From an uncultured bacterium (GTDB lineage: Bacteria; Omnitrophota; Omnitrophia; Omnitrophales; Aquincolibacteriaceae): 64,000 nucleotides of DNA. The notes below the pieces were generated by a model that ran no database searches, was not told the origin of the DNA, and saw only the letters and a list, made by a program, of their open reading frames with translations. The DNA is taken from NCBI GenBank assembly GCA_964482725.1, contig CAYZYT010000001.1, positions 4,632-68,631 on the forward strand, given 5' to 3'. Positions 26,967 to 35,590 of the stretch are shown here, one piece after another (the stretch's first letter is position 1; every line of letters starts with the position of its first letter). Both the position numbers and the translations under genes were made by a program.

Positions 26967-28929
26967 TCCAGAGCTCCTCCCTTTTTTCCAAAATCACTTT
27001 CCCAAGGACAAAACGCTGATATTTTTCTTCATTGCGAAAGAACCAGACAAGTTTTCCTTCTCCACCCTTTCGATCGACATCATGCACGGCCGGGCTCAGC
27101 CGGATCTCCTGACCGGGCTCCGGCGTCACTCCCAAAAAATCCCAGCGGATAGCGCCTTCAACAATGTAGCCTTTGTCATCCGTGTAGCCCTTCGCCAGGA
27201 CCTTCCTTTTTTCCAGAGGGTCCTCCCCGCCCTGGAACCAGGACCAAACGGCCAGCTCCTGCTCTTCAAACCCCGGTCTGAAACCCAGTTGGTAATCCCC
27301 GAGATTGTTCCAAAAAAGTCCATCTCCCTCCGGGTCGACATAAATCTCAAAAAGATCGTCACGCCAGATAGACTTCCCCGTCCTTTTGGCCACCCCATCG
27401 TCATCCGTCACCTTCGCCACAAAATAAAGATAATCGCTATCCCACGCGAAACGGACCTCCGCCCCAAGATCTTCTGGCCCTTCAAAATCTCCGGAATCTT
27501 TATGCTCTTTCGAGTTCATGACGATCGCCGTGCCCGGAGGCCAATCTTTGAGGAATCCATCCACGCGAAGGCCTCGGGAAACATACGGCGCTCGATACAC
27601 GGGAGGCTCCGGCCAAGGAAGAGGGAAAAGCCCTTTCCGAAAACCTATTTTCCCGAGGGCGGCCTGGATCGGCGCGCTCTGGGACATGAACTTCCATATC
27701 AATCCGGTCCGGTAATTCTCGATCATCAGAAGAAGCGGCCCTTGGTCGATCGCCAGAACTTTGTCGCTGAACCAACCCTTGCCGACGTTCATGGCATCGG
27801 AAAAACCATAAGGACCCCACATCGCGTCGCTGTAATAGGTCCGAATATTTTCAAGGCAAGCGATAGATTCTTCCGGCGTAAACACGATCGAACTCCCGCA
27901 GGCCGTGGGCGCAACCGTCCCGTCATGCAAGACGGTCCAACCCGGAGGCGCACCGTACGCGCGATACCCGGAGGGACCGTCGGAGGCGGAAAGTCCCCAG
28001 AGATTCGGCCCGTAGCCCGCGAATTTCGAGGCCTGATCGATACAAAAAGCGCGGTTCGCATGCGTGGCGTTCACGGAATTCTGAAAATAATCCGCGAGAC
28101 CGTCGTTTTGCCCCCGAAGATCCAGCCAAACATGCGGGTATTGATGCGTAAAAAGCGGCGGCAGCTGGATCAAGCGATAGCCGCGATAACTCCCCACCGG
28201 CCGAACGATCTCGCGCCAGGTCTCTGCGGGGACCGGGTGGGTCGGCGAACCGATCGCAAGAACATAAAGCAGCAATCCTTCGGAAAAAACGTCCCACCGG
28301 TTCCGTTGAAAACCTGTTTCCGGCGACCAGGCCATGGCAAACGTTTTCCCTTTATTGAGCATCCACGGGAAATCGACACGCTCATAGATCTTTTGGACCA
28401 GGTCCCGGATCTTCGGATCGTCGTAATACTCCGCCGCGAAAAGCGCCCCGGCCAGAAAAAGTGCCGTGTCGATTGGCGAAAGCTCGCTCCGGTTCACTCT
28501 TTCGCCTGTCTCGAAATTCAAAAAATGGTAGAAGAACCCTTTGTGCTGCTCGGCATCCCGGAGAAAAAACTCCAGGGTCCGCACGGTAAGCTCTTGAGCC
28601 ACGGGGCGGCTCATCCATCCCCGTTCCACCGCCACCGGATAAACCGTGAGCGCGAATCCCACTCCCGCAATGCTCGCCGGAGCATTGCTCGTGACCCCGG
28701 GCCGGTTCGGCGCACTGTCCCGGACAAGCCCGTTGTGAGGATTATGTTGCTCTTCGAAATAGCGGAATGCTTTTTCCTGAACTTCCTCGAGAAACGTGTC
28801 GTGGGAAGCTGAAGGTTCTTCGGCAGCAAGCGGAAAGCTAAAGATAAGAGTACATAGTACATAGTACATGGCCCGTGAACGGGCCAGAGACCGGAGACTA
28901 GAGACCAGAGACTGAAGGCTAAAGAACAA
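26953..28929 (-). CDS. Glucoamylase-family (GH144-like beta-1,2-glucanase) protein with C-terminal CBM9-like domain; start at 28929 or 28869
   Basis: ASIAGVGFAL, SPIDTALF, LFTHQY, WGLSASD, AIDQGP; C-terminal VDGFLKDW..AWDSDYLYF..DLFEIYVD. Confidence 0.82.
   Translation of the reverse strand: MFFSLQSLVSSLRSLARSRAMYYVLCTLIFSFPLAAEEPSASHDTFLEEVQEKAFRYFEEQHNPHNGLVRDSAPNRPGVTSNAPASIAGVGFALTVYPVAVERGWMSRPVAQELTVRTLEFFLRDAEQHKGFFYHFLNFETGERVNRSELSPIDTALFLAGALFAAEYYDDPKIRDLVQKIYERVDFPWMLNKGKTFAMAWSPETGFQRNRWDVFSEGLLLYVLAIGSPTHPVPAETWREIVRPVGSYRGYRLIQLPPLFTHQYPHVWLDLRGQNDGLADYFQNSVNATHANRAFCIDQASKFAGYGPNLWGLSASDGPSGYRAYGAPPGWTVLHDGTVAPTACGSSIVFTPEESIACLENIRTYYSDAMWGPYGFSDAMNVGKGWFSDKVLAIDQGPLLLMIENYRTGLIWKFMSQSAPIQAALGKIGFRKGLFPLPWPEPPVYRAPYVSRGLRVDGFLKDWPPGTAIVMNSKEHKDSGDFEGPEDLGAEVRFAWDSDYLYFVAKVTDDDGVAKRTGKSIWRDDLFEIYVDPEGDGLFWNNLGDYQLGFRPGFEEQELAVWSWFQGGEDPLEKRKVLAKGYTDDKGYIVEGAIRWDFLGVTPEPGQEIRLSPAVHDVDRKGGEGKLVWFFRNEEKYQRFVLGKVILEKREELWNAET
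28849..28919. repeat. Heptamer repeats forming the left arm flanking the four-helix-bundle gene
   Basis: (AGTACAT)x3, GGCCCGT-GA-ACGGGCC, CAGAGAC CGGAGAC TAGAGAC CAGAGAC. Confidence 0.8.
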
Positions 28930-28932
28930 AGT

Positions 28933-29292
28933 TTAAATATCCTTTCGCACGGCTTGAATAAGCCCAAAAAGAGTTCTTGCCGTCTTTTGCGCCAAAAAAT
29001 CAATCTGTCCAAAATCTTTTTGGTCTAAGTATCCCAAACGCGAGACCAGGCTTAATAAATATTCGACCTCAGAAAGCGAACTCTTAGCCATTGAAAGGAA
29101 ATGCAAATAATCTTTCTGGTGCTGTCGACTCGAACCCTCCACAATATTCGCCGCCACAGAAACAGCTGCTCTGCGAAGCTGAGAAGTCACCCCATAGATT
29201 TCACTCTTAGGAAACCCTGGCGTCAACTTATAGATTTCGATAACAAGATCATCCGCATATTGAAATGCTTTTATTTTCCTGAAATCCCTCAT
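28933..29292 (-). CDS. Four-helix-bundle protein (23S rRNA IVP/Avd-like family)
   Basis: MRDFRKIKAFQ...FPKSEIYGVTSQLRRAAVSVAANIVEG...FLSMAKSSLSEVEY. Confidence 0.93.
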   Translation of the reverse strand: MRDFRKIKAFQYADDLVIEIYKLTPGFPKSEIYGVTSQLRRAAVSVAANIVEGSSRQHQKDYLHFLSMAKSSLSEVEYLLSLVSRLGYLDQKDFGQIDFLAQKTARTLFGLIQAVRKDI

Positions 29293-30092
29293 ACCTCTGG
29301 TCTCCTGTCTCCAGTCTCGAGTCCAAAAAAGGCCATTTTTTTCACAAGGAACATCATCGCCCCAAGCGAACTGCCTTGGCATCCTTTTTCGATCACCGCA
29401 GGATTCCCGAACCGGCGCATCTCGGAAAGCTCCTCGCCGGAAATAGAGTCGAAGAAAACGATCACCGGGATCTCAAGCTTCGAAGCCTTGAGTTTCGCAT
29501 AGAATTCGCGGCCATCCATGACGGGCATCTTGATATCGAGAAGGATCACATCCGGCCTTTGCTTCGCGATCATGGCAAAAGCTTCTTTGCCGTTTGACGC
29601 GCGCGTGATCTCGAAAGCCGGCGATCTTCGCCCGTCAAAATAATCCCGCACCATCGTTCCGATCTCTTCCTCGTCATCCACGACGAGGATCCTCAGGAGC
29701 TCCGGCGCTGGAAGGACCTCCACAAAACGCTTGTTAAGATCGACCTGGGACGGCAGAGTTGAAAAAACGACATCCCAAAGAACTTCTTTATCCGCCGCAG
29801 GAGCAACGCCCAGGAGACAAAACCGGAAGACCGGATCCGTACTCTTACGAACCTTGATCTTCTGGACGAAGGCCTTGGTCAAAAAACAGGGCTCGGCAAA
29901 AAGGATACTCGGAAGGAACTTGTCGAAAAGTGCGGCGGCGTGCGTTGGCTCTTCTGCTATCGTAACAAAGGCTGGCGTATCGCTGAAATAGTCCTGAAGG
30001 AATGCTCCCCAAATTCCCCCGCGTTTTTTCCCGCCCTCTGGACGGGACCCCGCCGCTTCGCTGTCGGTGGCAAGGATCAGGACATTCTTCAA
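29289..30092 (-). CDS. Response regulator with C-terminal receiver and degenerate N-terminal domain
   Basis: ILVVDDE, LLDIKMPVMDG, VIEKG; AAGGAGG RBS before the TTG start. Confidence 0.8.
   Translation of the reverse strand: MKNVLILATDSEAAGSRPEGGKKRGGIWGAFLQDYFSDTPAFVTIAEEPTHAAALFDKFLPSILFAEPCFLTKAFVQKIKVRKSTDPVFRFCLLGVAPAADKEVLWDVVFSTLPSQVDLNKRFVEVLPAPELLRILVVDDEEEIGTMVRDYFDGRRSPAFEITRASNGKEAFAMIAKQRPDVILLDIKMPVMDGREFYAKLKASKLEIPVIVFFDSISGEELSEMRRFGNPAVIEKGCQGSSLGAMMFLVKKMAFFGLETGDRRPEV
29291..29325. repeat. Heptamer repeats forming the inverted right arm flanking the four-helix-bundle gene
   Basis: TGGTCTC CTGTCTC CAGTCTC GAGTCCA. Confidence 0.75.
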
Positions 30093-30192
30093 GCACGCCT
30101 CCTTCTATGACCGATTCGTTGTTCGGTTACCGCCTCCGGCTCCGTCCCGGTGTACGGCCCCGCAGGGTCGGAGAGTAACAAAGCCCGGCGCG

Positions 30193-30540
30193 TTATGTCC
30201 CAAGCCCAAGACTTATTTTGATGGCGCGATCCACCCGCTCCAGATAACTCCCCGGAAGATGCCCAATCTTTTTTTCTACCCTTTTTTTGTCGAGGGTACG
30301 GATCTGCGACAAAAGCACCGTGGAATCCTCCTTCAAACCGCTCACGGCCCGTGGAATCGGAACATTGGTTGGATATTCTTTTGAGAAATTCCTGGTGGTC
30401 ATGGGAGCCACAATAACCGTGGGGGCGAATTCGTTGCCTATATCGTTTTGAATGACGACAACGGGCCGGCGGCCCGCTTGCTCCGACCCCCGCGTGGGGT
30501 CCAGGTCAACCCAGAAAAGGTCTCCTCGCTTAATCGACAT
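30193..30540 (-). CDS. mazF: MazF/PemK-family endoribonuclease toxin
   Basis: KRGDLFWVDLDPTRGSEQAGRRPVVVIQNDIGN...SQIRTLDKKR. Confidence 0.93.
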   Translation of the reverse strand: MSIKRGDLFWVDLDPTRGSEQAGRRPVVVIQNDIGNEFAPTVIVAPMTTRNFSKEYPTNVPIPRAVSGLKEDSTVLLSQIRTLDKKRVEKKIGHLPGSYLERVDRAIKISLGLGT

Positions 30541-30775
30541 ATTTAAGCGACTCCCCGTCAAGGATCTTGAATGCTTCCGCGATCACCCCCGACTCGTCCG
30601 CGATCTCCAGATAACCCTCTTTAAGAAGATTTTGCATGGCACCCTGCCGTTTCAGTTTTAAATAGATGCGCACGGCTTTTTGGATAAGCGTACTCCGCTT
30701 CGTATGTTCCCGCTTGGCTTCCGCATCCAGTTCATGACGCAACGCCTCCGGAAAAGTAATACTCAAATGTTCCAT
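30530..30775 (-). CDS. Ribbon-helix-helix antitoxin
   Basis: LSITFPEALRHELD...RSTLIQKAV...LKEGYLE; overlaps the toxin gene; AAGGAGG RBS. Confidence 0.88.
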   Translation of the reverse strand: MEHLSITFPEALRHELDAEAKREHTKRSTLIQKAVRIYLKLKRQGAMQNLLKEGYLEIADESGVIAEAFKILDGESLKYVD

Positions 30776-30798
30776 CGCATGGCCTCCTTGCATTCTTT

Positions 30799-30839
30799 GT
30801 ATGCACTTTGAGTATACACCGTACTATGCATTATTGCAA
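30799..30839 (-). promoter_or_regulatory. TA operon promoter with repeated TGYATA boxes
   Basis: TTGCAA-17-TATACT; TGCATA, TGTATA and TGCATA boxes overlap it. Confidence 0.6.
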
Positions 30840-30952
30840 AGGAGACTTAGTGTTGAGCTTATCACGATTATTACATAAAATCAATTTTATTTTATTTAAA
30901 ATTAATTTATTGATTACGACACACTTCCTCGATAGGCGCTTCGAAAAGGGCA

Positions 30953-31363
30953 TTATTTAGGCTTGAAAGGATGCGACGCCGTCGGATCCCAAGTTCCATC
31001 CGAATTCAAAATGATCGTTTTATTTTTGAAATCATCCGGCGCGGTCGCTATGCGCTGGGCCGTCGCTTTGTAGGTCGGGGGAGACCCCGCCGTGATAACC
31101 ACCGTGTAATTGAACTTACGACTCGCGGGGGCATTAGGGTCATCGATGTCCAGTGAAGCCATAGAGGTCGTGTACGTCGATGAATTCTCGAGAAAGTAGG
31201 ACGCCTCCGCTTGACGGATGGCGGAAAGATTCGCAATCGCCTCAGCCACAGAGCCTTTCTCTTCCTGGCCGAAAAAACGCGGGAGCACGAACGCCGCCAG
31301 AACTCCAAGGACGACGACCACGATCAAAATCTCAGTCAGGGTAAAACCCTTATTATTTTTCAT
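30953..31363 (-). CDS. Type IV pilin (class III signal peptide)
   Basis: MKNNKG|FTLTEILIVVVVLGVLAAFVLPRF. Confidence 0.92.
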   Translation of the reverse strand: MKNNKGFTLTEILIVVVVLGVLAAFVLPRFFGQEEKGSVAEAIANLSAIRQAEASYFLENSSTYTTSMASLDIDDPNAPASRKFNYTVVITAGSPPTYKATAQRIATAPDDFKNKTIILNSDGTWDPTASHPFKPK

Positions 31364-31379
31364 CACGTCCCCCACCCTT

Positions 31380-31519
31380 TAAAATCCGAAGCGCGAATAT
31401 CGAAATACGAAGCAAATCTTAAACCCGAATTTTTTAATATCCAAAACAAGTTGCTTCGAATGTGTTTTTTCTATTTTTCGAGCTTGTTTCGAGTTTCGTG
31501 CTTCGAAATTCGGATTTTA
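31380..31519. repeat. Heptamer-period inverted-arm element, CGA/TCG type
   Basis: AATCCGA AGCGCGA ATATCGA AATACGA ... TTTCGAG TTTCGTG CTTCGAA ATTCGGA. Confidence 0.85.
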
Positions 31520-31520
31520 G

Positions 31521-31982
31521 TTAGTTCCGGCATCCCACCGTGATCTCGCTCCCGTCAAAACCTTCCGTCGTCACGGGCTTATACGCCCCCAAACAATCAT
31601 ACGATCCGGCTTCGATATCGATCCGGACCCCATTCCCCGAGGGCCCTGTCTCCGTCGCCTGACAAACTCCTTCCGGAGGCAGACATTCATAATCAAACCC
31701 GGTGCTCGCTTCGACATTCGGAAGTTTCATCTCGCCCCATCCTTCCGAATAGATCATCTTCCGGCCACTTTTCCGAGCCGACACATACTTGTAACTCTGG
31801 GTGGACTGCTGAAACGCCGTCTGGGCGCGTCGCAGCGTCACCAACATTTTCTGCGCCTCGGTCAGATTCGCGCGAAAAGCCTGCTCCGGCTCCGGCCTTG
31901 AACGAAAGAAAAAGATCCCGGCTGCGATCGCGATGGCGACAACAATCATAATAAGGATAATGACAACTTTCGAAATTTTCAT
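31521..31982 (-). CDS. Pilin-like protein lacking the G|FxxxE prepilin motif
   Basis: TM, then EAQKMLVTLRRAQ (cf. EAQQVLGVLRRAQ in the neighbour); 4 Cys with similar spacing. Confidence 0.75.
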   Translation of the reverse strand: MKISKVVIILIMIVVAIAIAAGIFFFRSRPEPEQAFRANLTEAQKMLVTLRRAQTAFQQSTQSYKYVSARKSGRKMIYSEGWGEMKLPNVEASTGFDYECLPPEGVCQATETGPSGNGVRIDIEAGSYDCLGAYKPVTTEGFDGSEITVGCRN

Positions 31983-32010
31983 TTTTTCAGATCGCCTCAG
32001 CTTCCTCTAA

Positions 32011-32041
32011 GGGAACAGGCTCTAGATAACAGCCTGTTCCC
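32011..32041 (-). terminator. Strong hairpin after the probable major pilin (terminator or mRNA stabiliser)
   Basis: GGGAACAGGCT-N9-AGCCTGTTCCC; no clear U tract. Confidence 0.55.
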
Positions 32042-32064
32042 TCGAAGGCCTATCCAGCTCCGTC

Positions 32065-32490
32065 TTATGAAACTGGCCTGCAACCCTTGTTGCCGGTGAC
32101 TGTTGTATATTTTGTCATATCGCACGTAAAGACTCCGTCGATGGATAACGAAACAGAGCCGTTAGTGGCCGCGGTAGCAGCAGCCCCTCTATAGGCAGTG
32201 CAAGATCCGCTAGAACACGTATAACCAAAATTCGTCGTCGTGACCTTTTTCAATCCGAGCGATGCCCATGTGGTATTGGATGAGGAGTTGTCAACATCCA
32301 CATAACCTTGGGTCAGATCAAATGCATTCGCCTGAGCCCTGCGCAAAACACCCAGCACCTGCTGAGCTTCCGCGATATAAGCGTTCTCGGTCTGCCCCAG
32401 AAACCTCGGCAAGATCATCGCAGCCAAAACCGCTAAAATGATCACCACGATCAGAATTTCTATCAGTGTGAAGCCTTTTTGTTTTCTCAT
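32065..32490 (-). CDS. Type IV pilin, probably the major pilin
   Basis: MRKQKG|FTLIEILIVVIILAVLAAMILPRF; AAGGAG RBS; downstream hairpin. Confidence 0.93.
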   Translation of the reverse strand: MRKQKGFTLIEILIVVIILAVLAAMILPRFLGQTENAYIAEAQQVLGVLRRAQANAFDLTQGYVDVDNSSSNTTWASLGLKKVTTTNFGYTCSSGSCTAYRGAAATAATNGSVSLSIDGVFTCDMTKYTTVTGNKGCRPVS

Positions 32491-32568
32491 TGCATTCTCC
32501 TTTTGTGATTTTAATGCCTGCTTGCAGTATACCCTGTTTTTTCCCAAAAAAACAGTTTTTGAAAAAGA

Positions 32569-33888
32569 CTACCCGCCCCCTTTGGTCGAAAGATCGATGA
32601 TGGGCATGAACATAGCGATCACGATCGTGCCGATGACGCCGCCCATAAAGATCAAAAGGATCGGTTCCAAAAGCGTGGTCAAACGCGTAAGAAAAGTATC
32701 GACCTGCTCTTCATAGTAGTTGGAGAGGAGCGCCAGAAATCGGTCGAGCTGGCCGCTCTCTTCGCCGACCGTAATAAGCTGAGTCATAAAGACCGGGAAG
32801 ATCTTTCGCGCTTCGAGCTGCACGCCGAGCCCCTGCCCGCTTCGGACCTGCTGGGCCACCCGTTTGATCCCGGCCTCGAGGAACATATTCTCCACGAGCC
32901 GTCCTGCGATCTCAAGCGCTTGAAGGATCTGCACCCCGGCGCGCAAAAGAGTTCCGAGGGACCGTGTGAAACGGATCACCGCGACCTGTATCAGGATCGG
33001 ACCAAAAAGAGGCGCCCCCAAAGCCATCTTATCATACGACATCTTGAGCGAAGGGACTTTGCTCGTGTAAACAAAAGCGATCACCGCGGCCGCAACGATC
33101 CCTGCCACCCAGAGGAAATGCATTCTCAGGGTGTCGCTGATCGCCACGACGATCTGGGTCAGGACCGGAAGCGGCATTTTTTGAGCGATAAAGATCGAAG
33201 AGAATTTTGGCACAATAAAAAGCATGAGAAAAATGAGGGCGCCCGTCACCGCAGCGGTCAGCACCCCGGGATAAAAGAATGCGGTGGTGACCTTGCTTTG
33301 GATCCGTGCCGCCGATTCCTGATAATGCGCGATCTCTTCCAGACAATCCGGCAGCTTTCCCGTCGCTTCTCCGACTTCCACCAAATTCACCCAGATCCAT
33401 GGAAAAACATGGGGATAGCTCCGGAGCGCTTTACTGAACGTACCGCCTTCCGAGACCTTCCTCCGCAGATCATGGATCACCTGCCGGAAAAAAAGATTCG
33501 AGATCCCCTTTTCGATGATCTCGAGCGAACGGAGAAGAGGGATACCGGCTTTAAGAAGGGTCGAAAGCTGAACGGCGAAAAAAATGGCTTCACGGGTCGT
33601 CACGCGATTCGTAAATGAAAAAGCACCTCCGCCGGGTTCCTTATCGGAAGACGAGGGTTTCGAAAGCGCATGCTGAAAACCGCCCTTCTTCTTGCCATGT
33701 TCCTGGACCCCGATCACCACATACCCTTGCGCCAGAAGCTTTTGAATGGCCACTTCCTCGTTGGGAGCCTCCAGGGTCAATGTTTTGGCCTGGTCCGGAA
33801 GGTCGCGCAACCGGACGTGACAATCGAAGAGCAGGTCCGGCTCTTTAAACTTGTTCGCTTGCGGGGATCCAGGGATAGGTTCATTCAT
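32569..33888 (-). CDS. pilC: Type IV pilus/T2SS platform protein PilC/GspF
   Basis: QLSTLLKAGIPL, VGEATGKL, VGEESGQL, LEPILL. Confidence 0.92.
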   Translation of the reverse strand: MNEPIPGSPQANKFKEPDLLFDCHVRLRDLPDQAKTLTLEAPNEEVAIQKLLAQGYVVIGVQEHGKKKGGFQHALSKPSSSDKEPGGGAFSFTNRVTTREAIFFAVQLSTLLKAGIPLLRSLEIIEKGISNLFFRQVIHDLRRKVSEGGTFSKALRSYPHVFPWIWVNLVEVGEATGKLPDCLEEIAHYQESAARIQSKVTTAFFYPGVLTAAVTGALIFLMLFIVPKFSSIFIAQKMPLPVLTQIVVAISDTLRMHFLWVAGIVAAAVIAFVYTSKVPSLKMSYDKMALGAPLFGPILIQVAVIRFTRSLGTLLRAGVQILQALEIAGRLVENMFLEAGIKRVAQQVRSGQGLGVQLEARKIFPVFMTQLITVGEESGQLDRFLALLSNYYEEQVDTFLTRLTTLLEPILLIFMGGVIGTIVIAMFMPIIDLSTKGGG

Positions 33889-35575
33889 AAGCCACGCTCA
33901 AGACCTCATCTAGGGTTGTCAATCCTCGCTCCACTTTCTTGATCCCGTTCTGGAGGAGGGTTTCATATTTTTTTTCTTTTTGAAGATCTCTCAATTTGGA
34001 AAGATCCGCGTCTTTAGTGACAAGACGCCGGATATCCTCATCGATCGGCAGGACTTCATAAATAGCCATGCGGCCCCAATAACCGATCTTCCGGCACTTG
34101 GGACATCCTACGGCCTTGTAGAGCGTTTCGGCACGGATCCCGTATTGAGCCTGGGTCTTGGCATCGATCTTGTACGCTTCTTTGCAATGAGGACAAAGAA
34201 CACGGATCAAACGCTGAGCCGCCACAAGGCCGATACTTCCGGCAACGAGATAGGACTGGATCCCGATATCAATGAGACGGGTTACAGCCGTAACGGCATC
34301 ATTCGTGTGCAAGGTGGAGAGCACCAAATGGCCGGTCAGGGACGCGCGAATGCAGATCTCGGCCGTCTCAAGGTCGCGCACTTCCCCCACCAGGATCACA
34401 TCCGGGTCCTGGCGCAAAAAAGCGCGGAGGGCCGAAGCGAAGGTCAGTCCGATCTCGGGCTTGACCTGGACCTGGTTCATCCCCGCGATCTGATATTCCA
34501 CCGGGTCTTCGATCGTAAGAATATTAATCTCCGGAGAAAGACGTTTGTTCAGCGCCGCGTAAAGCGTCGTGCTCTTGCCGCTTCCCGTCGGCCCGGTCAC
34601 AAAGATAAGTCCGTAAGGCCGCATCAGCGCCGTCTCGAAATGAGCGAGCTGCTCCGGTTCAAACCCGAGCAACTTCATATCCAAGAGATCCAGGCGCTTA
34701 TCCAGAATACGCATCACGACCTTTTCTCCGAAAACAATAGGGACGGTCGATACGCGCATATCGACTTTATGTCCTTTGTACTGGAGCGCGAAGGAGCCGT
34801 CCTGAGGGATCCGCTTTTCGGCGATATCCATCTTGGAAAGGATCTTGATACGAGAGACCAAAGCGTTATGCAATTCCCGGGGTGGCGGCGGAAGCTCGTA
34901 GAGGACACCGTCCACGCGATAACGGATGTTGATCTTGTCCTGGCAAGGCTCGATGTGAATATCACTGGCGCGATCCTCAAGAGCTTTACGGATCATGACA
35001 TCCACGAGTTTGACCACGGGAGCTTTCTCCGCCTCCTGGATAGTCGCTTCAAGATCGATCTTATGATCGCCCGGCTCCTGGATATAATCCTGTTTTACAT
35101 CATCCACCTCGGAGGAAGAGATCACTTCCTGGAAATCCGTATTACCATAATAGGCCTCGATGGCCCGCTTGAGCTCGCTTTCAGCCGAAAGGACCGTCAC
35201 AATGTCGTATCCGGTGATCTTGCGAAGATTATCCATAAAAATGATGTCCGGAACCTTCGCCACCGCCACCTTAAGCACTTGTCCGATACGATCCAACGGG
35301 AGAACGAGATTGGCCAGCGCAAAATCGGTCGGGATGCATTCCTTAAGACGCTGGTCCATGCGGGGTTTTAACTGATCGGTGGAAAGGAAAGAAACGCCGA
35401 GCTGCTCGGAGAGCACCAACCGGAGCTGAGACTCTTCCAGAAAACCCAATTGGATCATGATCTGACCCAGCGGTTCCTTTGTCTCTTTTTGCTTGGCAAG
35501 AGCCTGGCCCAATTGCTCCCGGTTAATGAGCCGCCGCTCAATGAGGATGTCACCTAATAAAGCGTTAATACCCAT
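33881..35575 (-). CDS. pilB: Pilus assembly ATPase PilB/GspE
   Basis: ASDIHIEP, GPTGSGKSTT, TIEDPVE, LRQDPD, HTND, Cys-pair Zn motif; MshEN-like N-terminus. Confidence 0.93.
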   Translation of the reverse strand: MGINALLGDILIERRLINREQLGQALAKQKETKEPLGQIMIQLGFLEESQLRLVLSEQLGVSFLSTDQLKPRMDQRLKECIPTDFALANLVLPLDRIGQVLKVAVAKVPDIIFMDNLRKITGYDIVTVLSAESELKRAIEAYYGNTDFQEVISSSEVDDVKQDYIQEPGDHKIDLEATIQEAEKAPVVKLVDVMIRKALEDRASDIHIEPCQDKINIRYRVDGVLYELPPPPRELHNALVSRIKILSKMDIAEKRIPQDGSFALQYKGHKVDMRVSTVPIVFGEKVVMRILDKRLDLLDMKLLGFEPEQLAHFETALMRPYGLIFVTGPTGSGKSTTLYAALNKRLSPEINILTIEDPVEYQIAGMNQVQVKPEIGLTFASALRAFLRQDPDVILVGEVRDLETAEICIRASLTGHLVLSTLHTNDAVTAVTRLIDIGIQSYLVAGSIGLVAAQRLIRVLCPHCKEAYKIDAKTQAQYGIRAETLYKAVGCPKCRKIGYWGRMAIYEVLPIDEDIRRLVTKDADLSKLRDLQKEKKYETLLQNGIKKVERGLTTLDEVLSVAYE

Positions 35576-35590
35576 GCTTTTTTTGTGCCT

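Noticed and set aside
26743-28812. 689-aa plus-strand ORF, and similar long plus-strand ORFs at 3544, 7731, 11440, 17689, 22914, 33980 and 61714
   Set aside because: Antisense shadows of well-supported minus-strand genes; no recognisable motifs; explained by codon bias.
28933-29292. Diversity-generating retroelement suggested by the Avd-like gene
   Set aside because: No reverse transcriptase and no TR/VR pair seen in the window.
30100-30190. Possible riboswitch upstream of the receiver gene
   Set aside because: Foldable, but I could not match it to any riboswitch consensus.
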